DNA of 64,000 bases, taken from assembly GCA_040755995.1 (NCBI GenBank), contig JBFMAF010000051.1, positions 1 through 64,000 of the forward strand, in the 5' to 3' direction. Origin of the DNA: Acidobacteriota bacterium (lineage in GTDB: Bacteria > Acidobacteriota > CAIWXX01). The translations under genes were made by a program, and so were the position numbers. The notes beneath the pieces are model-generated. The model was not told where the DNA came from, did not search any database, and saw nothing but the letters and a program-made list of their open reading frames with translations. Shown one piece after another: positions 29,336 through 39,035 of this stretch; the first letter of the stretch is position 1; the number at the start of each line of letters is the position of its first letter.

Positions 29336-30115
29336 CTAGAAGATCGCGGCGAGCGCCATGTGCCCCAGCACATAGAGCCCGTAGATGCCGAAGACGATAG
29401 CCAGCATCTTGCCTGCGCGCGCCTTGGCGAAGGCGGCAAAACCGGCCGCCTCGAGCCACAGCTTCCAGAATGAGAAGAGATCCAGGTCAGAGAGCAGCGC
29501 GTAGAGCGGCTTGCCGAGTCGATCGCGCCCGAGTACGGCCCCCAGATTGGTCATGATCGGGTTCTTCAGGTCGATGAAAGTCGGATCCTTCACGTTGATG
29601 ATGACGATGAAGAGAATAGTGCCCAGAATGGCGGGCACCTGCGCCCAGCAGACAACCTGGAAGGCGTATTTGAAGGGGATGTGGTCGCCGAATGCGAGTA
29701 TCGCCACCCAGAAGACGCCCGCAATGATCGCCATCATGATCGCGCCAACCACGGGGATCGTGCCCACCATGAACCAGGGTGGGCGGTCGGCTGCCTGTTG
29801 CGTGGCCTCCTCGATCTGCTTCTCGTCCATCTGCGAGGCAAAGGGGCTGTTGCGAATCTCGCTCCTCATGAACTCCTTCATGTCGGCGCGTTGAGTGAAA
29901 ACGTAGTAACCGGCCGCTCCGAGAACCAGTGCCAGCACAAGGGGCACCAGACAGGTCCAGGTCGGTCTCGCCGCGAGCCGCTTGAACGTTGCTGTGGGTT
30001 CCGTCAGCAGCCCGACCATGGCGCCCGCTAGAGAAACCCGATCTGCCTCCACCGGCGGCAAAGGCGCACCGCCCGCAGGCGGCAGCCCCCGCGACGCATC
30101 CGGTTGCTCTTCCAT
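29336..30115 (-). CDS. Yip1-family membrane protein
   Basis: EPTATFKRLAARPTW, several TM helices, DLFSFW; upstream of the MFP/ABC genes. Confidence 0.75.
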   Translation of the reverse strand: MEEQPDASRGLPPAGGAPLPPVEADRVSLAGAMVGLLTEPTATFKRLAARPTWTCLVPLVLALVLGAAGYYVFTQRADMKEFMRSEIRNSPFASQMDEKQIEEATQQAADRPPWFMVGTIPVVGAIMMAIIAGVFWVAILAFGDHIPFKYAFQVVCWAQVPAILGTILFIVIINVKDPTFIDLKNPIMTNLGAVLGRDRLGKPLYALLSDLDLFSFWKLWLEAAGFAAFAKARAGKMLAIVFGIYGLYVLGHMALAAIF

Positions 30116-30284
30116 TTGTCTTCCTCCTTCGGCGACAAAGGCCGATTCTATTCCGCTTTATACGAGATGAGCAATCGGGAGGTTCTAGGAGGTGCCTCGG
30201 GGACAGGCCCGCACCACGCGCAGGCAATAATTGGAAGTGTGCATCCGGCAGGCCCTTGCGGGCGTTTCGCCGCGAGGCTCCCAC

Positions 30285-30710
30285 CTATTTGGTTAGTGGC
30301 AGGCGGACCACCTTGTTCTCCCACTCGTCCTCGCGGCTGCATTGGGCGATGATCACAAGATCATCCACAATCGCGCCAATTGGCGCGTCCCCGCGGCGCG
30401 CCAGCAGCCGTTCTCGAATGCCATGCGGGGGGAAGCTCGCCTCGATTGTTCTGCGGATGTCCATCGCCCCTCTTGCGCGCTCTGCCACGTATGCATCAAT
30501 CTCGGAACGGTGACGGAGGTAGTAGCCTATGACCGCATAGACATCTGCCAGGTCCAGAACAGGGTACTGCGCCACGATCTCCTCGGGACTGAAACCGTCG
30601 TTGAATGCGCCCACCAGGATCTCGATCGTGACCCGCGTGTTGCCGACTCGGACCGAGCCGTCCTGGTCGGTCTGAAGTGGCATGGCCTCGGTGGCGGTGT
30701 CGACTGTCAT
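30285..30710 (-). CDS. DUF433 antitoxin-like protein, apparently fused to a DUF5615/PIN tail
   Basis: GNTRVT...GFSPEEIVAQYPVLDLADVYAVIGYY; tail PIGAIVDDLVIIAQCSREDEWENKVVRLPL. Confidence 0.75.
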   Translation of the reverse strand: MTVDTATEAMPLQTDQDGSVRVGNTRVTIEILVGAFNDGFSPEEIVAQYPVLDLADVYAVIGYYLRHRSEIDAYVAERARGAMDIRRTIEASFPPHGIRERLLARRGDAPIGAIVDDLVIIAQCSREDEWENKVVRLPLTK

Positions 30711-30836
30711 GCAGGACTCCTCTCCTCAGACTATAGCCGAATCACGCCACCCGTCGGCAACCCGACCGAATGGGTGGACACTCGACAACGCTCAGGATCT
30801 GCGCTTGCCCCGACCGAGATCCACGCAGGAGAATCT

Positions 30837-30912
30837 TGGTGGACGGTAAGGGATTCGAACCCTCGGCCTCAGCGTTGCGAACGCCGCGCTCTCCCAGCTG
30901 AGCTAACCGCCC
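30837..30912 (-). tRNA. tRNA-Ala (CGC)
   Basis: GGGCGGTTAGCTCAGCTGGGAGAGCGCGGCGTTCGCAACGCTGAGGCCGAGGGTTCGAATCCCTTACCGTCCACCA: 76 nt, G3:U70, encoded CCA. Confidence 0.97.
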
Positions 30913-30974
30913 ACAGGTTCGAGTGGTAGTATACTCGGAAACCGGGGGTGTGCGCAAACTTGAGGCATGGAAAG

Positions 30975-31235
30975 GTGACCACGAATGTCGTCAAGGTAAC
31001 CGTGTTGATCGACAAGGACTTGTTCGAGGAGGGACGGCGGCTCGCGTGCAAACAGAAGATCTCCCCCGGCAGGTTGTTCGCAGAAGCGCTGCGCGAGCAT
31101 GTGGAGCGACAGCGCAATCGCGCGCAGTGGGCACGCGTCAACGCGGCATGCTCGGAGGGGCTTGACGATCTAGACCGGCGGGTGCTGCGGTGCGCGGAGA
31201 AAAGCAGGCGCGGGCTGGCGGAAGGCAAGTGGTGA
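30975..31235 (+). CDS. Ribbon-helix-helix antitoxin-like protein (orphan)
   Basis: VKVTVLIDKDLFEEG..LA....ISPGRLFAEAL...VNAA...W; no intact toxin follows. Confidence 0.6.
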   Translation: MTTNVVKVTVLIDKDLFEEGRRLACKQKISPGRLFAEALREHVERQRNRAQWARVNAACSEGLDDLDRRVLRCAEKSRRGLAEGKW

Positions 31236-31270
31236 CCTGCCGGGGTGGCTCAGGCGCCTGGTGGAAACGG

Positions 31271-32641
31271 CTACGTCCCGCTGACCGCCATCTTCGCGAT
31301 CCGGAAGGTGGGTGCGGCCATCGAGCCACGGAACACCAGGTCGTTGCCGACCGTGTCGATCGAGGCGAGCATGTCGCGCAGGTTGCCCGCGATCGTCATT
31401 TCGGATACGGGACGCGTCAGCTTGCCGTTCTCGATCCAGATGCCCTGTATGCCCTGTGAGAGCACGCCGTTGACGATATTGACGCCGAAGCCCATGAGGC
31501 TCACGACCATCAGGCCGTTCTTGACGGACGCGACTATCTCCTCCGGCGTCACAGTGCCCGGCATCAAGAAGAAGTTGGTCGCGCCGGGGGACGGCCTGCC
31601 CGCGACCGATCGGCTCGCGCTGCCCGTGGTCTTCAGCTTGAGCTTGCGCGAGCTATACGTGTCGAGCAGGAAGCTCGCGAGCTTGCCCCCGTCGAACACG
31701 AGGTTCCGGCGCGCGCGAACTCCCTCGCCATCAAACGGGCGCGACCCGATGTGCCCCGGCATCAGCGGATCATCGCAGACCTTGAAGAGCTCCGATCCTA
31801 TCTGCTGCCCCAGCGCCTCGGCCAAGAAAGACTGCTTGCGCCAGACGCCCGCGCCCGAGATCGCCTGGAACACACTCCCCATGAATTGCGACGCAACCGG
31901 CTGCTCGAACACGACAGGCACTTCCTTTGTAGCGACCTTGGTCGAGCCGATGAGCCGAGTAGTTCGTTCGGCGGCGCGCCTGCCGACGGCCTCCGGCGTT
32001 TCCAGCGCCTTGAGCGACGTACCGACCGTGTACCACCCATCCGACTGCTTCTTGCCGCGTACGTTTTCTCCCTTGGAGGGCTGCGTATCGTCGAGCACGG
32101 CGGACGCGGAGATGGACGCGACGCTCTTCCGGTAGCCGCCCGCGAAGCCTTCGCTGTTGGCCAGGGCGAAGGTGATCAGGCTCGAAGCGAATTCGTTCCC
32201 CTCTGTGTTGTTCACGCGCTTGTCGGCGGCAAACACCGCTTCCTCGGTCTTGCGCGCCACCGCGATCTTCTCTTCGGCAGTCATCGCTTCGATCTCCGGG
32301 TCGTAAAGCCCCAGGTCGGCGGCCGCGCTTCCGAGCATCTCGGCTTCAGGCACCGACGACACCTCGTCAACACTGGCATACGCCAGCAGCTCGATCCCTC
32401 CGGCGACAAACGCCCCGATCCGTTCCGGCGCAAAATCCGACGTGTACGTGATGGCCGTCCTGCCGCCCCTGATGACCCTGAGCCCCATGGCCCTGCTCGT
32501 GCTCTCCACAAGCTTCTCCACTTTCCCCATGCGGTACACCGATGAGAAGTCCGTGCTCTCGATCACCACGGAGTCGGCGAAATCCGCCCCAAGCTTCCTG
32601 GCCCTGGCAACGATGTCGATTGCGAACGATTCCAAAGGCAT
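31271..32641 (-). CDS. pmbA: TldE/PmbA family protein
   Basis: SRPFDGEGV, MGFGVNIVNG, MTIAGNL. Confidence 0.9.
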   Translation of the reverse strand: MPLESFAIDIVARARKLGADFADSVVIESTDFSSVYRMGKVEKLVESTSRAMGLRVIRGGRTAITYTSDFAPERIGAFVAGGIELLAYASVDEVSSVPEAEMLGSAAADLGLYDPEIEAMTAEEKIAVARKTEEAVFAADKRVNNTEGNEFASSLITFALANSEGFAGGYRKSVASISASAVLDDTQPSKGENVRGKKQSDGWYTVGTSLKALETPEAVGRRAAERTTRLIGSTKVATKEVPVVFEQPVASQFMGSVFQAISGAGVWRKQSFLAEALGQQIGSELFKVCDDPLMPGHIGSRPFDGEGVRARRNLVFDGGKLASFLLDTYSSRKLKLKTTGSASRSVAGRPSPGATNFFLMPGTVTPEEIVASVKNGLMVVSLMGFGVNIVNGVLSQGIQGIWIENGKLTRPVSEMTIAGNLRDMLASIDTVGNDLVFRGSMAAPTFRIAKMAVSGT

Positions 32642-32646
32642 GATGA

Positions 32647-34191
32647 TCAGCCCTTCACCTGCGTCCCGCCCACTGTGATCTGCGAGACCAGAACTGTTGG
32701 GATGCCGACGCTCACCGGCACGCTCTGCCCGCTCTTGCCGCACGTCCACAGCGAGTCACTCAGCTTCATGTCCGAGCCGACCATCGTGACCTTCGACAGC
32801 GAGTCGGGCCCGTTGCCGATCAGCGTTACCCCCTTGAGCGGGGTGGTGACCTTGCCGTTCTCGATCCGATACGCCTCGGTCACCGAGAAGACGTAATCGC
32901 CGTTGGAGATGTTTACCTGGCCGCCGCTGAACGCGACCGCGTAGATCCCGTCCTTGACGGACTTGATGATCTCCTCGGGATCGTGCGGCCCGGCCAGCAT
33001 GTACGTGTTGGTCATGCGCGGCAGCGGGTAGTGCTCGTAAGACTGCCTGCGCCCGTTGCCGGAAGGGGCCGTCTTGAAGTGACGGGCGCTGATGCGGTCA
33101 TGCATGTAGCTTCGCAAGATGCCTTTATCGATCAGCACGTTCATCTTCGGCAGATTCGCCTCGTCGTCCACGTCGATCGATCCGCGGCTGTGTTCGATCG
33201 TGCCGTCGTCAACGATCGTGCACTGGTCGGAGGCCACACGTTCGCCGATGCGGTCGGAGAAATTCGACGTCTTCTGGCGATTGAAATCGGCCTCCAGCCC
33301 GTGCCCGATCGCCTCATGCAACAGTATCCCCGAGTAGGCCGGCCCCAAGACCACCGGCATCTCACCTGCAGGAGCCTCGACAGCTCCCAGCTGCACGATC
33401 GCCTGCCGGGCCGCCGTGCGCGCTATGTACTCCGGCGCGTCAGGTCGCTCGAAGAACTCCAGCCCCACGCGGCCTCCACCTGAGAAGTATCCGGTCTCGC
33501 GACGGTCCTTCTCCTGCGCGATCGTCGAGATTCGAAGCGCCGCCATCGGCTGCGCATCGCTCGTAATCAGCCCGTCGGATGTGGCGATCTGAATGAACCG
33601 CACCTCGTCCGAGAAGCCGATCTGGACCTTGATGATTCGCGAGTCGTGCGCACGGGCCGCCTTGTCCGCACGCTCTACTATTCGCACCTTCTCAGCAATC
33701 GGCGCCGTCAGCGAGGAGCGATGCGCCGCATAGAGATCTCTCGCCTCGACAGGGTTCACGTCGACAGCCTTGACCTTCGCCTCTTCCCGCGCTATCGCGG
33801 CCGCCGTCTCGGCCGCCTTCCGAAGTCTCTCGTACGCGAGATCGTCCGAGTACGCGTAACCCGTCTGGTCTCCCGAGACAACGCGGATTCCGACCCCCAC
33901 CGTCGTTCCACGCGTGGCGTCCCGAACGATGCCGTCCTCGAAGCTCAGGCCGTAAGCCACCCGATACTCGAAGAAGAGGTCGGCGAATTCGCCGCCTTTC
34001 GAGAGCGCCACGTCCATGAGCTTCCTCATCGTCGCACGGTCGATCCCGAACCGGTCCTCGAACGAGAGCCGGCTGCTCTGCGCGAGACCGGCGGCGCGGA
34101 TCTCTCTAGGCATGATCAGGTCCTCCGCGGCGAGCGCGGCGAGGGCCGTACTGCTGAGCAGCAAGAAACCACGTCGGCCGATTGCGGGCAT
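32647..34191 (-). CDS. tldD: TldD metalloprotease
   Basis: GILLHEAIGHGLEADFNR, GNGRRQSY...PRMTNTYM, CGKSGQSVPV. Confidence 0.95.
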   Translation of the reverse strand: MPAIGRRGFLLLSSTALAALAAEDLIMPREIRAAGLAQSSRLSFEDRFGIDRATMRKLMDVALSKGGEFADLFFEYRVAYGLSFEDGIVRDATRGTTVGVGIRVVSGDQTGYAYSDDLAYERLRKAAETAAAIAREEAKVKAVDVNPVEARDLYAAHRSSLTAPIAEKVRIVERADKAARAHDSRIIKVQIGFSDEVRFIQIATSDGLITSDAQPMAALRISTIAQEKDRRETGYFSGGGRVGLEFFERPDAPEYIARTAARQAIVQLGAVEAPAGEMPVVLGPAYSGILLHEAIGHGLEADFNRQKTSNFSDRIGERVASDQCTIVDDGTIEHSRGSIDVDDEANLPKMNVLIDKGILRSYMHDRISARHFKTAPSGNGRRQSYEHYPLPRMTNTYMLAGPHDPEEIIKSVKDGIYAVAFSGGQVNISNGDYVFSVTEAYRIENGKVTTPLKGVTLIGNGPDSLSKVTMVGSDMKLSDSLWTCGKSGQSVPVSVGIPTVLVSQITVGGTQVKG

Positions 34192-34287
34192 ATGCGGCCC
34201 CTCTCAGAGTGAAGCGAGCCAGATTCATTCGGGTTCGGGTACGGGAACGGGTACGGAGGTCGCCGGTTCCGCAAGCACCAGCCACAG

Positions 34288-36381
34288 TCAACGCCCAGGA
34301 TAGATCTCCTCCTCCCAGCCCAGCCTCGCGTCGTTTGAATAGCAGAGGCGGCCGAGCATGAAAGAGGTCACGAAATAGATGTAGACCTGGATGGAGCTGT
34401 ACAGGAGTGATCCGGCGATCGGTATGCGGCTGAAGAGCGCTTGTGACATCCACCCGACGAATGTGAAGATACCGAAGAAGATCAGGAACGCCACATACTG
34501 GCCCGCAATCCGCCCGATCAGCCGGAAAATGAAAAGCGGGTTGAGGATCGGCCGGAGAACGTGCCAGACGGCGGTAACCGCCAGGCTCATGGGGTAGTAC
34601 ACGAAGGCGAACAGGCTGCCGATGGTAACGCCGATGAAGAAGATCACCCCCTTCGCCATGACCCCGCCCATTCTGCTCTCCAGCTCTTCCTGCGCCTCGC
34701 GGTCGGCGGCCTCGCGCTCGCGCGCCAGGCGCTCCTCCATCTGCTGGCGCGCATCGACCGACATGTCCTCTTTTGTGCCGCCGCCCCTCTGCACCGCCAT
34801 CTGCTCGACCCAGGCCGTGTCGGGCGGTTCGAGGCCGCCGCCCTCGGGAGGAGCCGCTGCGTAAGGAACGCTGACCTCCGGCGGCGCGGCCGCGTATGGG
34901 ACTCCGCCCTCGGGCATCACCGGATGATACTGCGACGGCTCCGCCGGCCTCTCGGATTCCATCTGGCTCGGAATCGGGAGCGGCGTGACCTCAGTCGGAG
35001 AAGGCATACCCATTCCCAACATGCCCGAGATCATCGGCCAGAAGAAGATCGTCAGGAAGATGAGTAGCGGAGCGAACGAGATCAGCGTGACGGTGGATGC
35101 GCGAACGCCTATGCCTGCCAGCTCCAGTACGTCGCTAGTGTCGGGCCAGTCTGGCACTGTCTCGCGTCCGCGGGCGGCGTATTTCAGAATCCAGAGGAGG
35201 TAGGCGAGGACGATCGCCTTGCAGAGGAAGCTCGCGAACGGCACCGGGATCGGCCAGGTCGAGACCCAGAGCATGCCGGCGTTTAGAACCATCATCAGCG
35301 GCCCCCACCCCTTCCACGGACTCGCGAAGAGCTGCGGCAGCATCAGGTAGAATGGAGTTATCGCGTATGTCTTGTCGACCTGCTTGCACAGGTCATGACA
35401 GGTCTTGCAGGAATAGAAGCTAGCTGAGCCGGCCCTCTTCTGGTCGACACAGTGTATGCAGAAGTACTTCCCGCACTTCGAGCAGCGGAGCTCCGCCTCC
35501 CACTGCGGATGATTCGCACAGGGATGCTGCACGCTGACCGGCGCCGAAGCCTTCTGCGGCTTGTCCGCCTTCTTCCTGTCCATCATCTCCTTGAGCTCGA
35601 ACAGCCGGCGGATCTCGGGCACCTCGCCCGCCGCCGCCCAGCTCTCTTCGCCTGCCTTCGTCACGGGGTCGTGCTGCAACAGCGCGCCGTCGCGAACCAT
35701 CGTCTTGAGCTCAGCCATGCTGAAGGTCTGCCCGAGATGCTCAGGCATGTCGATCTGCCAGCGTGTCTCGCCGGGCTCGCCGGCCGATGCCGGCGTGGCG
35801 CGGGCTGGCACCTGCGACGCCTCGGCCAGGCGTGCTGCCTCTTCCTCCGGCCGCGGAGCGAGCGAAAGAGTCTGCACATCTTCTATCCGCGCGGGAACGA
35901 GCCCCTGGGCGCCGTCAACCATGGGCTCCAACGCATCGAAGCGCCGTTGTGCTGGCGCCGAGAGGGGTAGAGGAGCGGGGCGCGCCGCAGGGCGCGCGGT
36001 GGGCTCGGCCGGCTTCTCGGTGGCGGGCTTCGATGCCGCCGTCGCCGGCGTGGTCGCAGCAGCGGCCGGCGCGGGAGCTGCGAGGGTTGCGACAGGAGCG
36101 CGCGGCGGCTGCTCTGGCGCCATCGCCGTGGGCGCGGGGCCGGGGGCGGATGCGCCGGCTGCCGGAGCCGCCGGAGTCGCCTGTGGCGAGGCTTGCGGCG
36201 CGGCCGCACCAGGCAACGCCGAAGCGACTGCGGTTCCCCCATCGAGTCTCAGCAGGAACATGACGGTGCACTTCGGACACCTGACCCTGCTCCCCTGCGG
36301 AGAGATTTTCGCAGCCGAAGCGCGGAATTGCGAGGCGCACGAAGGACAGGTGACCAACACCTTCGCATCGGCGGATTCCAT
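34288..36381 (-). CDS. Membrane protein with MJ0042-type zinc ribbon, GYF-like and B-box-like domains
   Basis: CPSC...VRCPKC N-terminus, Ala/Pro linker, W....EVPE, CANHP..CSKCGKYFCIHC, C-terminal TM helices. Confidence 0.75.
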   Translation of the reverse strand: MESADAKVLVTCPSCASQFRASAAKISPQGSRVRCPKCTVMFLLRLDGGTAVASALPGAAAPQASPQATPAAPAAGASAPGPAPTAMAPEQPPRAPVATLAAPAPAAAATTPATAASKPATEKPAEPTARPAARPAPLPLSAPAQRRFDALEPMVDGAQGLVPARIEDVQTLSLAPRPEEEAARLAEASQVPARATPASAGEPGETRWQIDMPEHLGQTFSMAELKTMVRDGALLQHDPVTKAGEESWAAAGEVPEIRRLFELKEMMDRKKADKPQKASAPVSVQHPCANHPQWEAELRCSKCGKYFCIHCVDQKRAGSASFYSCKTCHDLCKQVDKTYAITPFYLMLPQLFASPWKGWGPLMMVLNAGMLWVSTWPIPVPFASFLCKAIVLAYLLWILKYAARGRETVPDWPDTSDVLELAGIGVRASTVTLISFAPLLIFLTIFFWPMISGMLGMGMPSPTEVTPLPIPSQMESERPAEPSQYHPVMPEGGVPYAAAPPEVSVPYAAAPPEGGGLEPPDTAWVEQMAVQRGGGTKEDMSVDARQQMEERLAREREAADREAQEELESRMGGVMAKGVIFFIGVTIGSLFAFVYYPMSLAVTAVWHVLRPILNPLFIFRLIGRIAGQYVAFLIFFGIFTFVGWMSQALFSRIPIAGSLLYSSIQVYIYFVTSFMLGRLCYSNDARLGWEEEIYPGR

Positions 36382-36578
36382 AGCAGACCTCCTGGATTTC
36401 CCACAACGATTATTCAGCTTTCGGTCGATCCGATCAAGTGGATCATACCACCGATAGCGAGGGGTGGCCCCCGACCAGAGTCACCGTACCCGGGCCAAAG
36501 GCTGGCACTCGTACCCGTACCCGGTCAACGGGGGTACGGGAACGGGTACGGGCACGGATCAAGGGCAATGATGCGCAG

Positions 36579-38972
36579 CTACGGCGTGATCCGCTGGACG
36601 GCGAAGTTGCCGCGCGAGTCAATAGCCTTGATTACCATTAGCTGGCCCGTCTGGGGCTTCTGCACCTCGACTCGTTCCTCCAGCCCGTCGCAGATTCCGT
36701 CTTTCGGAAGGACGGGCTGCCACTTGCCGCCGTTGATCGACACAGCGATTCTTTCGATGGGGCTCATTGCGTCGGAGATGGTGAAGGCGAGTACGCCGCC
36801 GGAGGGGACTGGGGCAGAGATGCGTGGAGGCGTGTTGTCTACGAGAAACACGGTGGATTCCATGGCGGACGCGAGCGCGGTTCCGCCAGGGTTCTCCGGG
36901 TCGTCGCGCGCCTGGATTCTCACACGGTAGTAGTCGTCAGGGAGCGACGTCGAGTCGATGACGTAGGTGGTCTGATCGTAGCCGCTCTTGATCGTGCGCC
37001 ACGTTTTCTCGCCCAGCTGCTTGATGGAGATCTCGTACACGAGCTCGTCGCCATTGGGATCGTCGGCGGTCCATTGGATGCTCTGCAGACCGGGCACGAA
37101 CATCTTCTTCCCTGTGACGCCGCCGGCCTGGACGGGGGGCGGCTGTTGGGTTGCGTCGCTCCTTCTCGACCTGCTCAGATCGATGTCATCGCCGCCCTGC
37201 AGCTCGCCCTCGCCCGTGCTGAAGCTCTTCTGATAAACCTCGCCCGGACCGTACAGCGTTATGGATGCGATATGAGGCGGTGCATTCTGTGGACGGTAGT
37301 TGATGGCAACGTAATCCAACTCGGCGCTCCCGCCCTGCGCACCTGGCGTGAACGTAGCCTTCCACTGCAGGTAGCGTGCGGTTGGCGACGGCACCTGCTC
37401 ACCAGCTGCGTTCTTGAGGGGCAGCGACCACTCGGACCAGCTCACGTCCGGCGGCACTGTATTGCCCGAGCGGGTTGAGATCGATAGGTTCCCGCCGCGC
37501 AGCAGCCACCGGGCCTGCCCCCACGACGCCGTCCTGCCAGCATCGAGAACGTCGGATGTATATGTGCCCTCGCGAGCCGGGGCTTCGCTCAACCGGTAGA
37601 CACCGGGGCGGTTGTTGACCGCGCAAAGGATGCGGTCCTTGCCGAACCTGGCAAGCGCGGCACACTGCTCGCCGTCGAACTCGGAGATGAGCCCGGAGGT
37701 TCCGTCATCCGCAACCCAGAAAAGCCGGCCCTTGTTCCCCGTGCCGACTACCACTCGACCGTTCCATCCCTCCGCAAGGCTGTATAGCGTCTCCTCTTCG
37801 CTGCGCCAGAGCTCCTTCGTCGTGCCGTCCGATGCTATGCGCACGACAAGGCTTCTTGGTTTCTTCTCAGTGACCTGGACCTTGCCCAGGGCCGGCGCCG
37901 GCGTCGCCACCGCGGGCTCCACGTCGATCACGGTCGCGGTGACAACCGGCGTTACACCGGCGTCGCGCGGAGCCGGCGATGCCGGCATGCGGGCGGGCAG
38001 CGCCGGCTCGGTCTCGCGCCTGGCCTCGGTCGCGCCTGCCACAATCGATCCGTCCCCCCTGGGCAGTATCCCGCGTACCTCGCGCAGATCGGAGCTCCAT
38101 ATCGCCAGCGCCTTTCCCGCTGGACTGATCCTGTAGACCGCGCCACGGGTGTCTCCGCCTGCCAGCAGGTCGCCCGAAGCGTCGAACGCCAGGCACACGA
38201 TGTTGGTCTCGCCGCTCGAGAAGAACACGCTCGACTCCTTCGAGCGATTGATTTTCCTCACGATCCCCTGATCGCCGGTGGCGGCATAGAGGTTGCCGGC
38301 GCCGTCGAAGACCATTGCCCAGACGTACTTGTCATCCGTCTTCGCGTAGGCCTCACCCTTGCCGGTTGCGTCAAGCCGGTAGATCTTGCCGTTCGGCGAC
38401 GTGGCGGCGAAAAGCGTGCCGCTGGAGTCGAAGGCGAGGGCGGTGACATGGGTCTCCTCGCTGTCGAAGAAAGTGGACGAGGAGCCGTCGGCCTTGATTC
38501 GGACGACCCGTCCTTCGAATCCGGTCCCAACATAGGTGTTGCCGGCCTGATCGGATGCTATGCACCAGACGATGCCTTCCGGCATCTTCCCAACCTCGAC
38601 CACGGCGTTCGAGAGCCGCACGGTGCCGGCGAGATCAAGGGACACGCCGCTGGCACGCCCCTTGAGGAAGTCCTGGTACGTGTCCATCTCGAACACACTC
38701 GATGCGCTCGAGTGCAGAGAGGGGGCGGCGGTCGCCGCTATCAGAAGCCCGAATACCAACGCTCTCGACTTCGCAGGTATCCTCGCGAGGCGTGGACTCG
38801 GACCGGTCAAGCGTGCGAGGACGCGTCGCCTGCGTCTCGCGTCGAGACTCGGCAGTCGAGGGTCGAGAGAAAAGGCCGTGACACCGAGAGGTGCGATTAC
38901 TGGCCGATCCAGGACTTGACCCAAGCGCACGAACTTCTTCGCCTCAAGCATTCTAGCTATTCCTTTCATCAC
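36579..38972 (-). CDS. Secreted beta-propeller protein with C-terminal Ig/FN3-like domains; true start probably ~38820 or downstream
   Basis: Repeats YVGTG..GRV, FAATSPNGKIY, YAATGDQG; W.ADDPNGD, VDNTPP. Confidence 0.8.
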   Translation of the reverse strand: MMKGIARMLEAKKFVRLGQVLDRPVIAPLGVTAFSLDPRLPSLDARRRRRVLARLTGPSPRLARIPAKSRALVFGLLIAATAAPSLHSSASSVFEMDTYQDFLKGRASGVSLDLAGTVRLSNAVVEVGKMPEGIVWCIASDQAGNTYVGTGFEGRVVRIKADGSSSTFFDSEETHVTALAFDSSGTLFAATSPNGKIYRLDATGKGEAYAKTDDKYVWAMVFDGAGNLYAATGDQGIVRKINRSKESSVFFSSGETNIVCLAFDASGDLLAGGDTRGAVYRISPAGKALAIWSSDLREVRGILPRGDGSIVAGATEARRETEPALPARMPASPAPRDAGVTPVVTATVIDVEPAVATPAPALGKVQVTEKKPRSLVVRIASDGTTKELWRSEEETLYSLAEGWNGRVVVGTGNKGRLFWVADDGTSGLISEFDGEQCAALARFGKDRILCAVNNRPGVYRLSEAPAREGTYTSDVLDAGRTASWGQARWLLRGGNLSISTRSGNTVPPDVSWSEWSLPLKNAAGEQVPSPTARYLQWKATFTPGAQGGSAELDYVAINYRPQNAPPHIASITLYGPGEVYQKSFSTGEGELQGGDDIDLSRSRRSDATQQPPPVQAGGVTGKKMFVPGLQSIQWTADDPNGDELVYEISIKQLGEKTWRTIKSGYDQTTYVIDSTSLPDDYYRVRIQARDDPENPGGTALASAMESTVFLVDNTPPRISAPVPSGGVLAFTISDAMSPIERIAVSINGGKWQPVLPKDGICDGLEERVEVQKPQTGQLMVIKAIDSRGNFAVQRITP

Positions 38973-39035
38973 ACGATGTCATAGTCTCTTTTTCAGCTCG
39001 CGGATCGTGGAGCGACCGGCCGCGGGGCGGAGGGC

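Noticed and set aside
30837..30912. tRNA-Ala as attachment site of an integrated island
   Set aside because: No duplicated tRNA 3' end and no adjacent integrase seen in the window
38830..39000. Four-helix-bundle gene tail (ELKRDYDIVMKGIARML) fused upstream of the propeller gene
   Set aside because: Resemblance too short to support; noted only as a reason to doubt the 38972 start
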